From positions 576,001-640,000 of the forward strand of contig CAXXVZ010000004.1 in the NCBI GenBank assembly GCA_963678065.2: a stretch of DNA of 64,000 nucleotides, in the 5' to 3' direction. The translations under genes were made by a program, and so were the position numbers. Each line of letters begins with the position of its first letter. Positions within the stretch are counted from its first letter, which is position 1. Under the pieces are notes generated by a model that did no database searches, was not told the origin of the DNA, and saw nothing but the letters and a program-made list of their open reading frames with translations. The DNA is from Treponemataceae bacterium. Lineage in GTDB: Bacteria; Spirochaetota; Spirochaetia; Treponematales; Rectinemataceae. Below are positions 19,696 through 30,183 of the stretch, in pieces.

Positions 19696-19875
19696 TCAGT
19701 GGACGGCGTCGTCGCAGGCTTCGTCGGGGTCTTTCAGTCGCGAGTGCTCGGCGCTCTGCGCCTTCGTGCAAGGTTCGGCCGCCATGGGCGCGCCGCAGCA
19801 CTCGGGAACCGGATCTTTCTCGTCGATGGTGACATCGCCGCCGCAACTTTCGCAATAGTATGTTTTTTTTGCCAT
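19696..19875 (-). CDS. Small desulforedoxin-like Cys-rich metal-binding protein (59 aa)
   Basis: MAKKTYYCESCGG...PECCGAPM (CxxC-x14-CC); strong GAGGAGGA RBS. Confidence 0.7.
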   Translation of the reverse strand: MAKKTYYCESCGGDVTIDEKDPVPECCGAPMAAEPCTKAQSAEHSRLKDPDEACDDAVH

Positions 19876-20062
19876 GGAGTCCTCCTCGGTGATCGTTTTC
19901 AGGGCGGCTTTGAGGGCAGCCCTACGGTGACAGCGGCCGCGGCACGGGCCTTCCATTCAATATAGCCACGTTCCCGCGCAGGGTAAACGCCACAAGCGCG
20001 GAACGGATCCGCGGATCAGATCCGGCTTCACGGGAAGGCCTGGGCGCGTTTATACTGATGTC

Positions 20063-20926
20063 ATGAAAATCATCAGGGCGGCCGTGATGGGCCGCTGCAT
20101 GGGAGTCAAGCGCGCAGTCGACCTGGCCCTCAAGGCTGCGGAGGCGGCGGGCGCGAACACGGTATTCACCCTCGGCCCCCTCATCCACAATCCTCAGGCC
20201 ATAGCCGAACTCGAGCGCAAGGGTGTCTCGGTCCTCGGCGAGGAGGATCTCGACGAGAGGATATGCGGAAGCGTTGTCATCGTCCGCGCTCACGGCGCTC
20301 CTCCGGCCCTCATGGAGAGACTCGCGGAACTGGGAGCCACCATCGTCGACGCGACCTGTCCCCGCGTCCTCGCGAGCCAGAGAAAGGCGAGAGACTTCCA
20401 CGCGCGCGGATTCACCGTCGTCATCGCCGGAGACCTGAATCACGGCGAAGTCGCGGGAATCGTGGGGCAGGCTCCGGGCGCCCACGTGGTCGGGAACGCT
20501 GCCGAGGCCGCGAGGACAGCCCGACTCATCCCTCATGGTCCCGTGGCCCTTCTCGCCCAGACAACCATCAGGGCCGAGGAGTACGCATCCATCAGGAAAG
20601 AGCTTGAGGCTGTCCACCCCTCGATCGTCGTCGTCGATTCCATATGCCCCGCGACCGAGGAGAGGCAGGCGGCCCTGGCCGAACTCGCGCGCTCGGTGGA
20701 CGCCATCGTCGTCGTCGGAGGGAGAGACTCGGCCAACACGCAGCGTCTGTACCGCGAGGCGGTGAGCTTCGGCCTTCCCGCCTGGCATGTCGAGACGGCG
20801 GCCGAGCTGCCTGCCGCGGTTTCCGGATACCCGCGAGTAGGTCTCACGGCGGGAGCCTCCACTCCCGACCTCCTTGTCGACGAAGTCGAGCGGGCGCTGC
20901 TTTACCGGCAGGCCGGCGCGTGCTAG
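20063..20926 (+). CDS. ispH: 4-hydroxy-3-methylbut-2-enyl diphosphate reductase
   Basis: [32 protein letters not shown] and TAGASTP motifs. Confidence 0.95.
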   Translation: MKIIRAAVMGRCMGVKRAVDLALKAAEAAGANTVFTLGPLIHNPQAIAELERKGVSVLGEEDLDERICGSVVIVRAHGAPPALMERLAELGATIVDATCPRVLASQRKARDFHARGFTVVIAGDLNHGEVAGIVGQAPGAHVVGNAAEAARTARLIPHGPVALLAQTTIRAEEYASIRKELEAVHPSIVVVDSICPATEERQAALAELARSVDAIVVVGGRDSANTQRLYREAVSFGLPAWHVETAAELPAAVSGYPRVGLTAGASTPDLLVDEVERALLYRQAGAC

Positions 20927-20937
20927 GGTCTGTGAGC

Positions 20938-21561
20938 ATGACACCACCCAAAGTCATCGGCATCTGCGGCGGTTCCGGTTCGGGCAAGACGACCATTGTC
21001 CGGAAAATCTCGGAACTCGTCAGCGACTTCGTCTTCGTCCCCCAGGACAACTACTACAAGTCGGCGGCCCACATTTCGAACGCCAACATCACGGCCTTCA
21101 ATTTCGATCACCCCGACGCCTTCGACAACGATCTCATCATCGAACACCTGCAGAAACTCAGGAAAGGCGAGGCCATAGACATGCCGGTCTACGACTTCGT
21201 CCACCACAGGAGGACGGAGGAGACGATCCACGTCGAGGCGAAGGGCATGGTGATCTTCGAGGGCATCATGATCTTCACGAACAAGGCCGTGCGCGACCTC
21301 ATCGACCTGAAGATCTATGTCGACACGCCGGACGACATCCGCTTCATCCGCCGCCTTCTGCGCGACATCAAAGAGCGCGGCAGGACACTCGATTCCGTAG
21401 TCGAGCAGTACATGACCGTGGTCAGGCCCGGCCAGTACGAGTTCATCGAGCCGACGAAGAATTTCGCGGACATCATCATCCCCGAAGGCGGGTCGAACGA
21501 GAGAGCCCTCGAAGTACTCGTGACCTTCATGAACTCGGTCGTATCCGCGGCGCACAACTGA
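20938..21561 (+). CDS. udk: Uridine kinase
   Basis: [22 protein letters not shown] and [12 protein letters not shown] motifs. Confidence 0.95.
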   Translation: MTPPKVIGICGGSGSGKTTIVRKISELVSDFVFVPQDNYYKSAAHISNANITAFNFDHPDAFDNDLIIEHLQKLRKGEAIDMPVYDFVHHRRTEETIHVEAKGMVIFEGIMIFTNKAVRDLIDLKIYVDTPDDIRFIRRLLRDIKERGRTLDSVVEQYMTVVRPGQYEFIEPTKNFADIIIPEGGSNERALEVLVTFMNSVVSAAHN

Positions 21562-21619
21562 GGCCGCCCGCGCGCGGCCCCGGGAAAGCGGAGCTTAGGG
21601 AAACGCCGGCTTCCGGATT

Positions 21620-24019
21620 TCATCTGACACGCATTCGCGCATACGCCATTTCCCGCCCCGAAACCTGGATCGACAGGCGGAAGTCCCCTCTGACGAGAGG
21701 GAGGACGATCCTTCCGCCTTCGGAGACAGGGGCCCGCGCCGCGCCGTCGACATAGAGCCACGCTGTCTTTCCCGCGGGGATGGATGAAAGCCCTTCGAGC
21801 CTGATGCCGATAGCCTGATCTGCCTGGGGCAGGGATGGGTCGATGTAGAAGAGAGCTCCGTCGCGGGGGTGGACGAAACGGAGGGCTGTCGGGACAAGGC
21901 CGGGGGATGCCGCCGCCGGGGTGGACCCCGAGGGGCTTCCCGGAATTCCGGCCGCAGGGCCGAAGGCCGAAGGATCGCCCGCCGCCACCGTCCTTCCCGG
22001 GGTGGAATGCAGATCGCAGGGGCCGGGGAGCGGAATGCCCCGCGGCATGTACTCGACCAGGGTTCCCGGGCATGCGGGAGTGGCCGCGAGGCCGGAACTC
22101 GCGCAGATTTCGACCTTCGACGCATCGGGGACGGGAGGAAAGCGGGAGTCCGGTTTCGCGATGGCATCGAGAACTTCCACGAGGACGGCGGCGGGAACGC
22201 CCGAACTCCGCGCGCCGATGAGGGTTTCTCCCGTGAAATTGCCCATCCAGATTCCGGCCGTGTAATCGGGAGTGGCGCCCAGGGCCCAGACATGCTGGAA
22301 CTGGTTGGCCGTGCCGGTCTTGAACATCGCGTCATACTCGCGCGAAAGGAGCCTGCCGTGCGCGAACCCGGCGAAGCGGCTCGGCTGGTCCGAGAGGATG
22401 TCGCGGATGATTCCGGCGGCGTAGGGCGACATGACGCGGACAGCTCCACCGGGAAAGGCCGTGCCGAGCGGGGCGGCGCCGGGAGTCGGAACGGAGAGCG
22501 GGGCCGGGGAAGGAGTCATCGCCGGAGCGGCGGTGGCCCTGAGCGAGATCGAAAGTCCTCCGCGGGGAAAGGCAGAGAAAGCGCGCACGAGCTCGAAAAG
22601 GCTCACGGGCGCGTTCCCGAGGGCGAGCCCGACGCCGGCCTCGTCCTCCATCCCCTCCATGGTGGAGAATCCGAGGCGCCTGAGGTAGCGGACAAAGCGG
22701 GGGACGCCAACCCGCTCGAGGGTGTGGACGGCGGGCACGTTGAGGCTCGAGGCGAGGGCGACGCGGAGTCTCAAGAGGCCGTTGAAGCGATTGTTGAAAT
22801 TGACCGGGACATATGCCTCCTCCGAGCCGAAATCGGCAGGCAGATCGGGCAGGATAGTCGCGGGGGTGAATCCGTCTTCCATGGCCAGCGCGTAGAGGAA
22901 GGGCTTCAGGCAGGAGCCTGGCTGGTTCGGCGCACGCACGCCGTCGATCTGTCCCTTTGCCGCGCCGTCGCTGAAGTCGACAGACCCGACCCAGGCGAGA
23001 ATTTCGCCAGTCCTGTTGTCCACGACGAGCCCCGCCCCGTTCGTCATCCTGTACTGTCGGTTTTCGGCGATTTTTTTCGCGAGAGCCGATACGAGCCTCC
23101 TCTGGATATCGGGATCGATGCTCGTCCGGAGTTCGCTCTGAGCTCGGGCCTGAGCGCCGTCCCTGCTACCAGGGAGACCGGACGCGAACCACTGCCTTAT
23201 GAAGTGCGGCGCGACGGACTCAGGATAGGAGAAGTCGCGCGCGTTCCGGGAGCTCTCTGCCGTCCCGCGGGCAAGGGCGACGAAGTGTGCGGGCGAGAGG
23301 TCGGGGACGAGGGAGGCGGGAAGTCCGAGGGAGCCGGCGAGCTTCGCCGCGGCCGCGCCTGAAGTCCCTGGATCGGAGCGGGGATCGTAGCGCGAGGGGC
23401 GTCGGGGAATCACGGCGAGTATGCACAGCTCCGCGGGCGTCAGCAGGCCTACCGATTTGCCGAAGTACAGACGCGAGGCGGAGGCCAGCCCCTCGGTCAT
23501 CGAGCCAAAGGGGACAGAGTTGAGATAGAGTCCCAGGATCGCCTTCTTCGGCATCTTCGCCTCGATCCTGAGCGCGTCGAAAGCGTCCGCGAGCTTGCCT
23601 CTCAGTCCGCCGCGGCCGGGCTTCACGAGTCGGGCGAGCTGCATTGTGATGGTCGAAGCCCCGCTCACCGTCCGCCCGGCCGAGAGGTCGAGAAAAAAAC
23701 TGCGGACGATGGCGACGGGGTCCACGCCGGGGTGGAGAAAAAACCGTCTGTCCTCGCTTCCCGTAAAAACCCGCACGGTTTCGCGCGGGAGGTCGGAGAG
23801 GGCCGCGTATTCGCGCTTCATGCCGCCGGGAGCCGGCAGAATGGCGAGGAGCTCCCCCACCCTGTCGAGGACGCGGGTCGAGTACCCGCGCGTTCTGAAC
23901 GCGGCCAGCTCGGGATAAGGCGCAAGGGCAAGGGCGAGAGTCATCCCGGCCGCGAGGCAGGCCAGGCCGACGACAGCTCCGATCAGCCTGCGCCGGCGGG
24001 GAGCCTCGCCGAAGATCAT
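21620..24019 (-). CDS. pbpC: Penicillin-binding protein 1C
   Basis: EDRRFFLHPGVD, GASTITMQLAR, SCLK (SxxK), SLN and KTGT motifs; ATGA overlap with the A2M stop. Confidence 0.92.
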   Translation of the reverse strand: MIFGEAPRRRRLIGAVVGLACLAAGMTLALALAPYPELAAFRTRGYSTRVLDRVGELLAILPAPGGMKREYAALSDLPRETVRVFTGSEDRRFFLHPGVDPVAIVRSFFLDLSAGRTVSGASTITMQLARLVKPGRGGLRGKLADAFDALRIEAKMPKKAILGLYLNSVPFGSMTEGLASASRLYFGKSVGLLTPAELCILAVIPRRPSRYDPRSDPGTSGAAAAKLAGSLGLPASLVPDLSPAHFVALARGTAESSRNARDFSYPESVAPHFIRQWFASGLPGSRDGAQARAQSELRTSIDPDIQRRLVSALAKKIAENRQYRMTNGAGLVVDNRTGEILAWVGSVDFSDGAAKGQIDGVRAPNQPGSCLKPFLYALAMEDGFTPATILPDLPADFGSEEAYVPVNFNNRFNGLLRLRVALASSLNVPAVHTLERVGVPRFVRYLRRLGFSTMEGMEDEAGVGLALGNAPVSLFELVRAFSAFPRGGLSISLRATAAPAMTPSPAPLSVPTPGAAPLGTAFPGGAVRVMSPYAAGIIRDILSDQPSRFAGFAHGRLLSREYDAMFKTGTANQFQHVWALGATPDYTAGIWMGNFTGETLIGARSSGVPAAVLVEVLDAIAKPDSRFPPVPDASKVEICASSGLAATPACPGTLVEYMPRGIPLPGPCDLHSTPGRTVAAGDPSAFGPAAGIPGSPSGSTPAAASPGLVPTALRFVHPRDGALFYIDPSLPQADQAIGIRLEGLSSIPAGKTAWLYVDGAARAPVSEGGRIVLPLVRGDFRLSIQVSGREMAYARMRVR

Positions 24020-27000
24020 CGCCGGGTACCCTCCCCGATGACCGTGACGCCTCCCGCTCCGCGTCCGAAAAACTCCGGCTCGTACATGCATTCCGCGACC
24101 GCCGGCGGAACGGGAAAGGTGCCCGCCGTGCCGGCGCGGAAGACGAACTCCATCTCCCGCTGCCCTTTTTCAAAGAAATCGATGAAATACCGGACTTCAT
24201 TGTCGAAGATCGATTGCAGGGCTTCGGGCACCCAGGCATCGGGATTCTCGACTTGCCCGCCGTCGGCTTCTCCGCCTGCGCGCGGCTTTTCCTTTACGCG
24301 CGCCGTTGTGACGAATCTCGAATCGAGAATCTCACATCCCGAAGCGACAGGCACGCGCAGGGCCACGAAGGATCTGTCCCGCGGACTGGAGACGACAATC
24401 TTCATCCGGTAAAGGGAGCCTTCGGTGAGCCGGGATCTGTCGGCCGGCTTGCCGTCAAGGGAGAGGACTTCGGTGAAGACGCCGAGCCCCTCGTCCCTGG
24501 GCAAAGCCAGCTCCTCGGGGAGCGAGTAGCGGAGAGTCGCGGCGTAGTGCAGAGGAAGTCCGCCCGGACTCCGGAAGTCGAGAGGGAGGGTCATGCCGCG
24601 GGGGAGCTCTCGCAGCGGCGATTCATCGAGGGCGAGGTGCAGCGCCGACGAGGGTCCCTCCCCGAACGTGGTTTCGAGAAGAATCTTGCCCCCCGCCGCG
24701 ACGCTGCCACCGGCGATTCCGGACGGAGCGGGCGCTGTCGCCGGAGCTGTGGCAAAGGCCGCTCGCTCCTCGTCGTCGATGACGAGAGAAAGCGCGCGCA
24801 GAGCCCAGACGGTCTCGGCCGTCGACCTCCAGTATCCGCCGGCCTGGCTGGAGAGCAGGGTTCGGGCAAGCTTCCCCGTGAGCTCGCTTTCGGGATCGAT
24901 GGCGCGGGACAGCATGAGGACGAGGCTCATGGCATCGGTATCCGAGGCGGCTTCGGAGTACCAGGACGAGGTTACGGGGGCGGGATCGGTGAGATCCACG
25001 CCGCGGAGAGAGGGCACAAGGTAGTTGCGGATCGACGAGAACACCCTGCCCGCCGAGTCCCTGTCGCCCGAAGCGGCCAGAGCGAGGCCCGCGAAGGCGT
25101 AGGGGACGATACCGCCATTGGCCCCGTCTTTCAGGATTCCCTCGAGACGGGCGCGAACATCGAAGCCGTAGAGCGACAAGACATAGTCAGCATACGCAAA
25201 GAGATAGTCCCTGCCCGCCGTCGAGCCGGGTTGCGTCCCTTTCCGCCCCGGAGAGGAGGCGACCCAGGCGAGCAGCGCGCGCGTATCCACGGTTTCGGGG
25301 ACGGCGAATCCTCGTTCCTTAGCCTCGAAGAAAAGATGGGCGACGCGTATCGAGACATAGCGGTTCGGCGTCGTCCCATCGGGCCAATAAGGGAAGCCGC
25401 CGCCCGGCAATTGGCGCTTGGCGATGAAGGCGAGCCCCTCGTCGACGACGGCCCGCGGGCCCCGGACCCGGGAATCGATCCCGTACTTCTGCGCCCGATC
25501 GCCGAAGAGGACGAGTGGCTCGAGGGCCGAAACCCTCTGTTCGATGCAGCCGTAGGGGTAGGTGAAGAGGTAGGAGAACGCGCCCCCGAGGGCGGGGAGC
25601 AGGGACCGAGAGAGCACGATGTCCAGACTGCCCGGACCGAAATCCCGCGCTGGGAGAACGAGCCCCTCTTCGGCCTTCTCCTTCGTCGATCCGATCAGGG
25701 AAACGGACTCGAAGGTCCGGGGGCCTTCCACGGTCACCGATTGCGCGAGCGTTTCGGAAAATCCTTCCGTGTGCACCGAATAGCGGACATTTCCCGCCCC
25801 TTCCTTTGTCGCCATAAGGCGGAACTCGAGGCGGGCGCTCTCTCCTGGTTTGACGAGGACGCTCTTCTCCTTCCCGCCTTCGGCCGCGAAAAGAAGGTCA
25901 GAGGAACAGGAAACCGAGACGCGCCTGTCGGTCTTTTCCAGGTTCGTGATCATCAGGCCCGCGGAAACCGTATCCCGCAGGCGCAGAAGCTCCGGCATCA
26001 AAGCCACCGCGTTCACCGGATTTCGCACCTGTATTTCGCTCTCGACGATTCCGAAGCGGTCGGTATCCGCGGCGATGGCCGTGCACCTCCAGGTCGTGAG
26101 CGAGTCGGGCCAGGGGAAGCTCGCGACTGCCTTGCCCCGGGCATCGGTCTTGAGGAATGGAAGGAACACTGCCGTCGACCTGAAATCGCTCCTCTCCTCC
26201 CCCGCCTTGCCGTTGTCGCCCGCGCCTCCCTGCAAATCTTTCAGCTCATAGGTCACAGGGTCGAGGAGGAGGGAGCGCGAATCGGCGCCCATCGTCGCCA
26301 GGGGGAAGTTCCAGGGAGCGTAGAAATGGGCATGAGGATCGGGCACGTGGTAGTCGACGAGGTCGAGGACGCCACGGTCGGCCGCCATGAAGGAGACTTC
26401 GGCTCCCTGGATCGGCCTGCCCGCGCTGTCCGAGGCCGTGACCGTGACGGTCGCCTTCGATCCGGGGAGGTAGGAAGCGCGGTCGGGCTCGACCGTGAGG
26501 AAGATCCTCCGGGAGGGGGAATCGACGGCGAGAGCCGCGAGGCCGAACAGCCCTTTCGGCTTGTCCAGGTCGGGTTCGCCCCACTTCGTGGCGGCGGGAG
26601 CGGTCCTCACGGTGTAGGAGGACAGCGAGACATAGACGATGGGGAGATACTCTTCGCGGATTGGAATATCCACCGTGGATGTGGAACCCGCGAGTTCGAC
26701 GACGCGCTCCTCGAAAATGCCCTCGCGTTCGACGGTGAGGAGATAGCGGCCGGCGGGAAGGGGGGAGCGTATGAGGAGTTTTGCGGTTTCGCCGGGCAGA
26801 TAGAGCTGCCTGTCGGGTTTCAGGTCGATGGCTTCGGATCGCTCCGGATTCCAGCGCGCGTATCCGGACCCCGTGACGTAGACCGGAAGCGCCGTGACGG
26901 CTTCCCGGCCGGACGCGTCGCGCGTCGAGATCCTGACGAGGTATTCTCCCGCGGAATCGGGCGTGAAAGAAAAGGCGGCGGGCCGACCAGCGCCGGTAGC

Positions 27001-30000
27001 GCCTGGGCCGGGAGTCGGTTCCGGGGCAGCGCCCGAGACTGCGGCGGATGCGGCGCGCGGAATGTCGACCTTGAAACTGCCGTACGGCGACTCGACTCGC
27101 TCGTACCGCGTGTGGATGCGCGACGCGGCGCCCTGCTGGCGCGCGACCTTCCATTCGATCTTCGCGATCTCGACCGAGGCCTTCCGTCCCGCCGAGCCGC
27201 CGTACTCCTTCCCCTCCGGATCGATGAGCACGGCCTCGAAGGCGGCGGGCACACCCTTCTCCGCGACGGCGAACCAGGGCCCCGCGCTCCCTTTCAGCCG
27301 GAGGCCGATGGCGAGAGAGGCGGGATGGACGAAAATGTTGCGGGAAGCGCCGACGAGGCGCCCGCTTGTGGTGTCCGAAACGTTCAGGTTGAAGGTGTAT
27401 GTCCACGGCCGGCCAGCCGCGTCGCGGGCGCTCGTCGATATCGAGTGCGAACCTTCCCCATTCGCGGACAGTGTCCCCGACTTTTCGTCGAGAGTGGAGC
27501 GGGTTCCTTCTGTCCCCGGGCCGAAGGCGAACTCCGACCAGGCAGGGCCGAAATCGAACCAGGCCGGCTCGCGGGTCCAGTAGGCATCCCAGGCGGCGCC
27601 CGCCAGGGCTCCACCGGAGAGATAGGAGGCCGAAAAATTCACGGCCAGGGGATCTCCGGCGAGGGAGGTCTTCGCGGGCGTTCCTGCCGAGACCGAAAAG
27701 AGCTGCTTCCTGAAGCGGGCGACCGTGATCCACTCTCGCACCTGAGACCTGTCCGAGAAACCCTCGGCAGGCTTGCCGTCCTCGCCGTAGGAACCCGATC
27801 CCCGCTCGTACAGGATCGAGTACTCGCCGGGCTCCGCCTCCGCGGGGAGAACGAATGTTCCGTAGAAGCCGCCGAGCTCCGATGCCGTCCCGCGCAGGGT
27901 CATGATCGGTTTTGCGTCCCATTCGGGCGGCATGAGATGGATAGTCCAGGGACCGCGGTAGGGCGAGTATCTGCCCAGACTCAGATCCCGGTCGATTCCG
28001 CGGAACCCGAGCTCCTCACCCGGCCTGTATATCTTGCGGTCGGAAAAGAGGAAGGCGACCTGACGCGGTTTTTCGACTTCGGCTATCGTCTCCGTGGCCT
28101 GCACGGGGCCGGAGTACATGTCGTGAGACTCGTTCGGCACAAACTCGATCCTGTCCGTCCCGCTTTCGACCCTGATTCTGAGCGCGTCCCGCGTGCCGTT
28201 CCGCCAGCCATTCCTCCAGTCATCGCCTTCGTCGGAGCCGGCCGCGCCGGAGCCGGGTTTTGTTCTGATGAAGGACGAACGGTACTCGCCGGGCGCGAGG
28301 GAGAAGACGGCGAGCCCGCGCGAGTCGGTTTTCCCGCTGCGCACGGGAACGCGGTCGCCCATGAGGGTGACCACTGCCCCGGAGACTGGCAGGCCGGAGG
28401 AGAGCTTCGTCACGAGGCAGACCGCCCTGTTGTAGGCGTAGCGCAGTGTGAGGCCGAGGTCCGTAACCTGGACTATGAGAGAGCCTTTCCAGTCCTTCGG
28501 CTTCGGCCCCGCCGGCCTGAAACTCCAGTCGATGCCGACAGTTCCCGTCCCTCCCGCCCCGAGCCAGGGCGCAAGGTCGATCATGCCGAAGCGCCGAAGC
28601 CTCGGCTTCACGCCCGACATGTCGTAGGGTGGAAGCTGGTCAGGCCGCGTCGTCCCGTAGGGATCGCCCGCCGGGGCGACACTGAGACCGCCCGAGACCA
28701 TGTTTTTCATGCTGAAGACAATCCGCGGCGCCTGGCCGGCCTCGAGCATGCGGGTTCCCGAGTCGGGGAATTCGACATAGGCGCGGTCCGGCCTCGTCTT
28801 CACTTTCACCTCGACGGCCTGCCCGAGCTTCCTTCCGTAGATGTCCGAGATGCCGGCCGCGAGGGTGAGCCGATACTCGCTGCCTGAAGCGAGGGAGAGG
28901 TCGTTCAGGCGCACCGTGCCGCCGTGAACGGAGATCGCCGAGGCGGGGATGGTCGGTCCGGGTGAAAGCGTGACCGCGCCCGCGAGACTTTCGGGTTTGA
29001 CGGGGTGGCTGAAGGAGAGGAAGAGCGGATTCCTGTCGGGGACCTCGTCATCGTCGAATTCCCAGGACTGTTCCGAGTATTCGGAGTATCCGAAGGGCAA
29101 CAGGGTATGGAAAGAGAGACTCCGCTCCTTTTCGCTGCCGAGGAGGCCGTACGCGGATTTCGCGCCTGCGCGCAGGGTGACGAGGAGGTCTTCGTTGAAG
29201 GGCGGCACCTGTCGCAGCTTCACCCTCAGGTATCGGTCGATGCCGTCCCGGTAGGCAAATCCTTCCTTCGCGGCGGGCGGGCGGGACAGGGAGAAAGGCA
29301 TCCTCCTCCCTCCCGCGGTCAGATCGAGCGACTTCCCGACGATGGCGGGATCGACGGCATAGTTGAAGCGGATGAGAAAATCGCCCGCGCGATCGGGAGG
29401 GATGTCCGTCATGGCCGATTCGTCGACGTAGCCCTCCCCGTAATCCGGCCGCGCGTGCGAAATGTCGCCGGGGATCAGTTCCCGCATCGCGAGGTATTCG
29501 GTATGGAAGCTGAACGAAGTCGCGCCTTCGAGGCGCGAGCCGTCGAGAGCCCTCATGTCTTTCGCGAGGCTGACCGTGTAGAGGCGCTGCGAAAGAATCT
29601 CATCCGCGGCTTCGAAGGCGAGCATGCGAGAGCCGTACCAGCGGTACAGGCCGCGGGGATGCGGTTCGATCTTCATGAGAGGGGTCGAGGTCATTGTCGC
29701 GCCGAGCTCCGAGAGCGGGACGACGGGTTTGGAGAATACGACGTAGACCGAAGGCCGCCCGATGGCTGCGGGCAGCTCGTCCCGGGGTCCGAAATCGACG
29801 ATGGTGAAGGCGCCGCCCGCGCTCTCTTTGTTTCCGGCGGCGCCGGAGTTGTCGCCGCCGGGCAGGACGCTCGGGCCGGGGGAGCTTCCGGCGGCGCCCG
29901 TGGGCACCGTGCCGCCGCGCAGGGCTGCCCGGTAATACGTGACCGGTCCCTCGGAGAGGCCCCTGTCGACCTCGCCTGCGGCCCAGGAGACTTTGCCGCC

Positions 30001-30183
30001 GGTCGGAATGGCGGGGACCGCGGGACCTCCCGGCTTCGAGCAGGACACAAGGAGGATACAGGCCAGAACAACGAGGCCCGCCGGGGAAAAAAGACGAGCG
30101 GGCAGAGAAAGCGACCAGGTGTTCCACCTGATCCCTGCGGATCCGCGGATTCGGCCGTATCCGGCCGGCGAGGACTTCAGCAT
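24016..30183 (-). CDS. Bacterial alpha-2-macroglobulin (lipoprotein)
   Basis: About 2050 aa; lipobox LLVSC, FSDRKIYRPGE, PDSLTTW, intact thioester motif YPYGCIEQ, C-terminal AECMYEPE; start 30183 or 30207. Confidence 0.92.
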   Translation of the reverse strand: MLKSSPAGYGRIRGSAGIRWNTWSLSLPARLFSPAGLVVLACILLVSCSKPGGPAVPAIPTGGKVSWAAGEVDRGLSEGPVTYYRAALRGGTVPTGAAGSSPGPSVLPGGDNSGAAGNKESAGGAFTIVDFGPRDELPAAIGRPSVYVVFSKPVVPLSELGATMTSTPLMKIEPHPRGLYRWYGSRMLAFEAADEILSQRLYTVSLAKDMRALDGSRLEGATSFSFHTEYLAMRELIPGDISHARPDYGEGYVDESAMTDIPPDRAGDFLIRFNYAVDPAIVGKSLDLTAGGRRMPFSLSRPPAAKEGFAYRDGIDRYLRVKLRQVPPFNEDLLVTLRAGAKSAYGLLGSEKERSLSFHTLLPFGYSEYSEQSWEFDDDEVPDRNPLFLSFSHPVKPESLAGAVTLSPGPTIPASAISVHGGTVRLNDLSLASGSEYRLTLAAGISDIYGRKLGQAVEVKVKTRPDRAYVEFPDSGTRMLEAGQAPRIVFSMKNMVSGGLSVAPAGDPYGTTRPDQLPPYDMSGVKPRLRRFGMIDLAPWLGAGGTGTVGIDWSFRPAGPKPKDWKGSLIVQVTDLGLTLRYAYNRAVCLVTKLSSGLPVSGAVVTLMGDRVPVRSGKTDSRGLAVFSLAPGEYRSSFIRTKPGSGAAGSDEGDDWRNGWRNGTRDALRIRVESGTDRIEFVPNESHDMYSGPVQATETIAEVEKPRQVAFLFSDRKIYRPGEELGFRGIDRDLSLGRYSPYRGPWTIHLMPPEWDAKPIMTLRGTASELGGFYGTFVLPAEAEPGEYSILYERGSGSYGEDGKPAEGFSDRSQVREWITVARFRKQLFSVSAGTPAKTSLAGDPLAVNFSASYLSGGALAGAAWDAYWTREPAWFDFGPAWSEFAFGPGTEGTRSTLDEKSGTLSANGEGSHSISTSARDAAGRPWTYTFNLNVSDTTSGRLVGASRNIFVHPASLAIGLRLKGSAGPWFAVAEKGVPAAFEAVLIDPEGKEYGGSAGRKASVEIAKIEWKVARQQGAASRIHTRYERVESPYGSFKVDIPRAASAAVSGAAPEPTPGPGATGAGRPAAFSFTPDSAGEYLVRISTRDASGREAVTALPVYVTGSGYARWNPERSEAIDLKPDRQLYLPGETAKLLIRSPLPAGRYLLTVEREGIFEERVVELAGSTSTVDIPIREEYLPIVYVSLSSYTVRTAPAATKWGEPDLDKPKGLFGLAALAVDSPSRRIFLTVEPDRASYLPGSKATVTVTASDSAGRPIQGAEVSFMAADRGVLDLVDYHVPDPHAHFYAPWNFPLATMGADSRSLLLDPVTYELKDLQGGAGDNGKAGEERSDFRSTAVFLPFLKTDARGKAVASFPWPDSLTTWRCTAIAADTDRFGIVESEIQVRNPVNAVALMPELLRLRDTVSAGLMITNLEKTDRRVSVSCSSDLLFAAEGGKEKSVLVKPGESARLEFRLMATKEGAGNVRYSVHTEGFSETLAQSVTVEGPRTFESVSLIGSTKEKAEEGLVLPARDFGPGSLDIVLSRSLLPALGGAFSYLFTYPYGCIEQRVSALEPLVLFGDRAQKYGIDSRVRGPRAVVDEGLAFIAKRQLPGGGFPYWPDGTTPNRYVSIRVAHLFFEAKERGFAVPETVDTRALLAWVASSPGRKGTQPGSTAGRDYLFAYADYVLSLYGFDVRARLEGILKDGANGGIVPYAFAGLALAASGDRDSAGRVFSSIRNYLVPSLRGVDLTDPAPVTSSWYSEAASDTDAMSLVLMLSRAIDPESELTGKLARTLLSSQAGGYWRSTAETVWALRALSLVIDDEERAAFATAPATAPAPSGIAGGSVAAGGKILLETTFGEGPSSALHLALDESPLRELPRGMTLPLDFRSPGGLPLHYAATLRYSLPEELALPRDEGLGVFTEVLSLDGKPADRSRLTEGSLYRMKIVVSSPRDRSFVALRVPVASGCEILDSRFVTTARVKEKPRAGGEADGGQVENPDAWVPEALQSIFDNEVRYFIDFFEKGQREMEFVFRAGTAGTFPVPPAVAECMYEPEFFGRGAGGVTVIGEGTRR

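Noticed and set aside
24214..28887. Very long antisense ORFs (e.g. 24214..28887 +, 912..3095 -, 15295..17340 +, 5750..7708 +)
   Set aside because: They are shadow frames of well-supported genes in high-GC DNA, with no motifs of their own.
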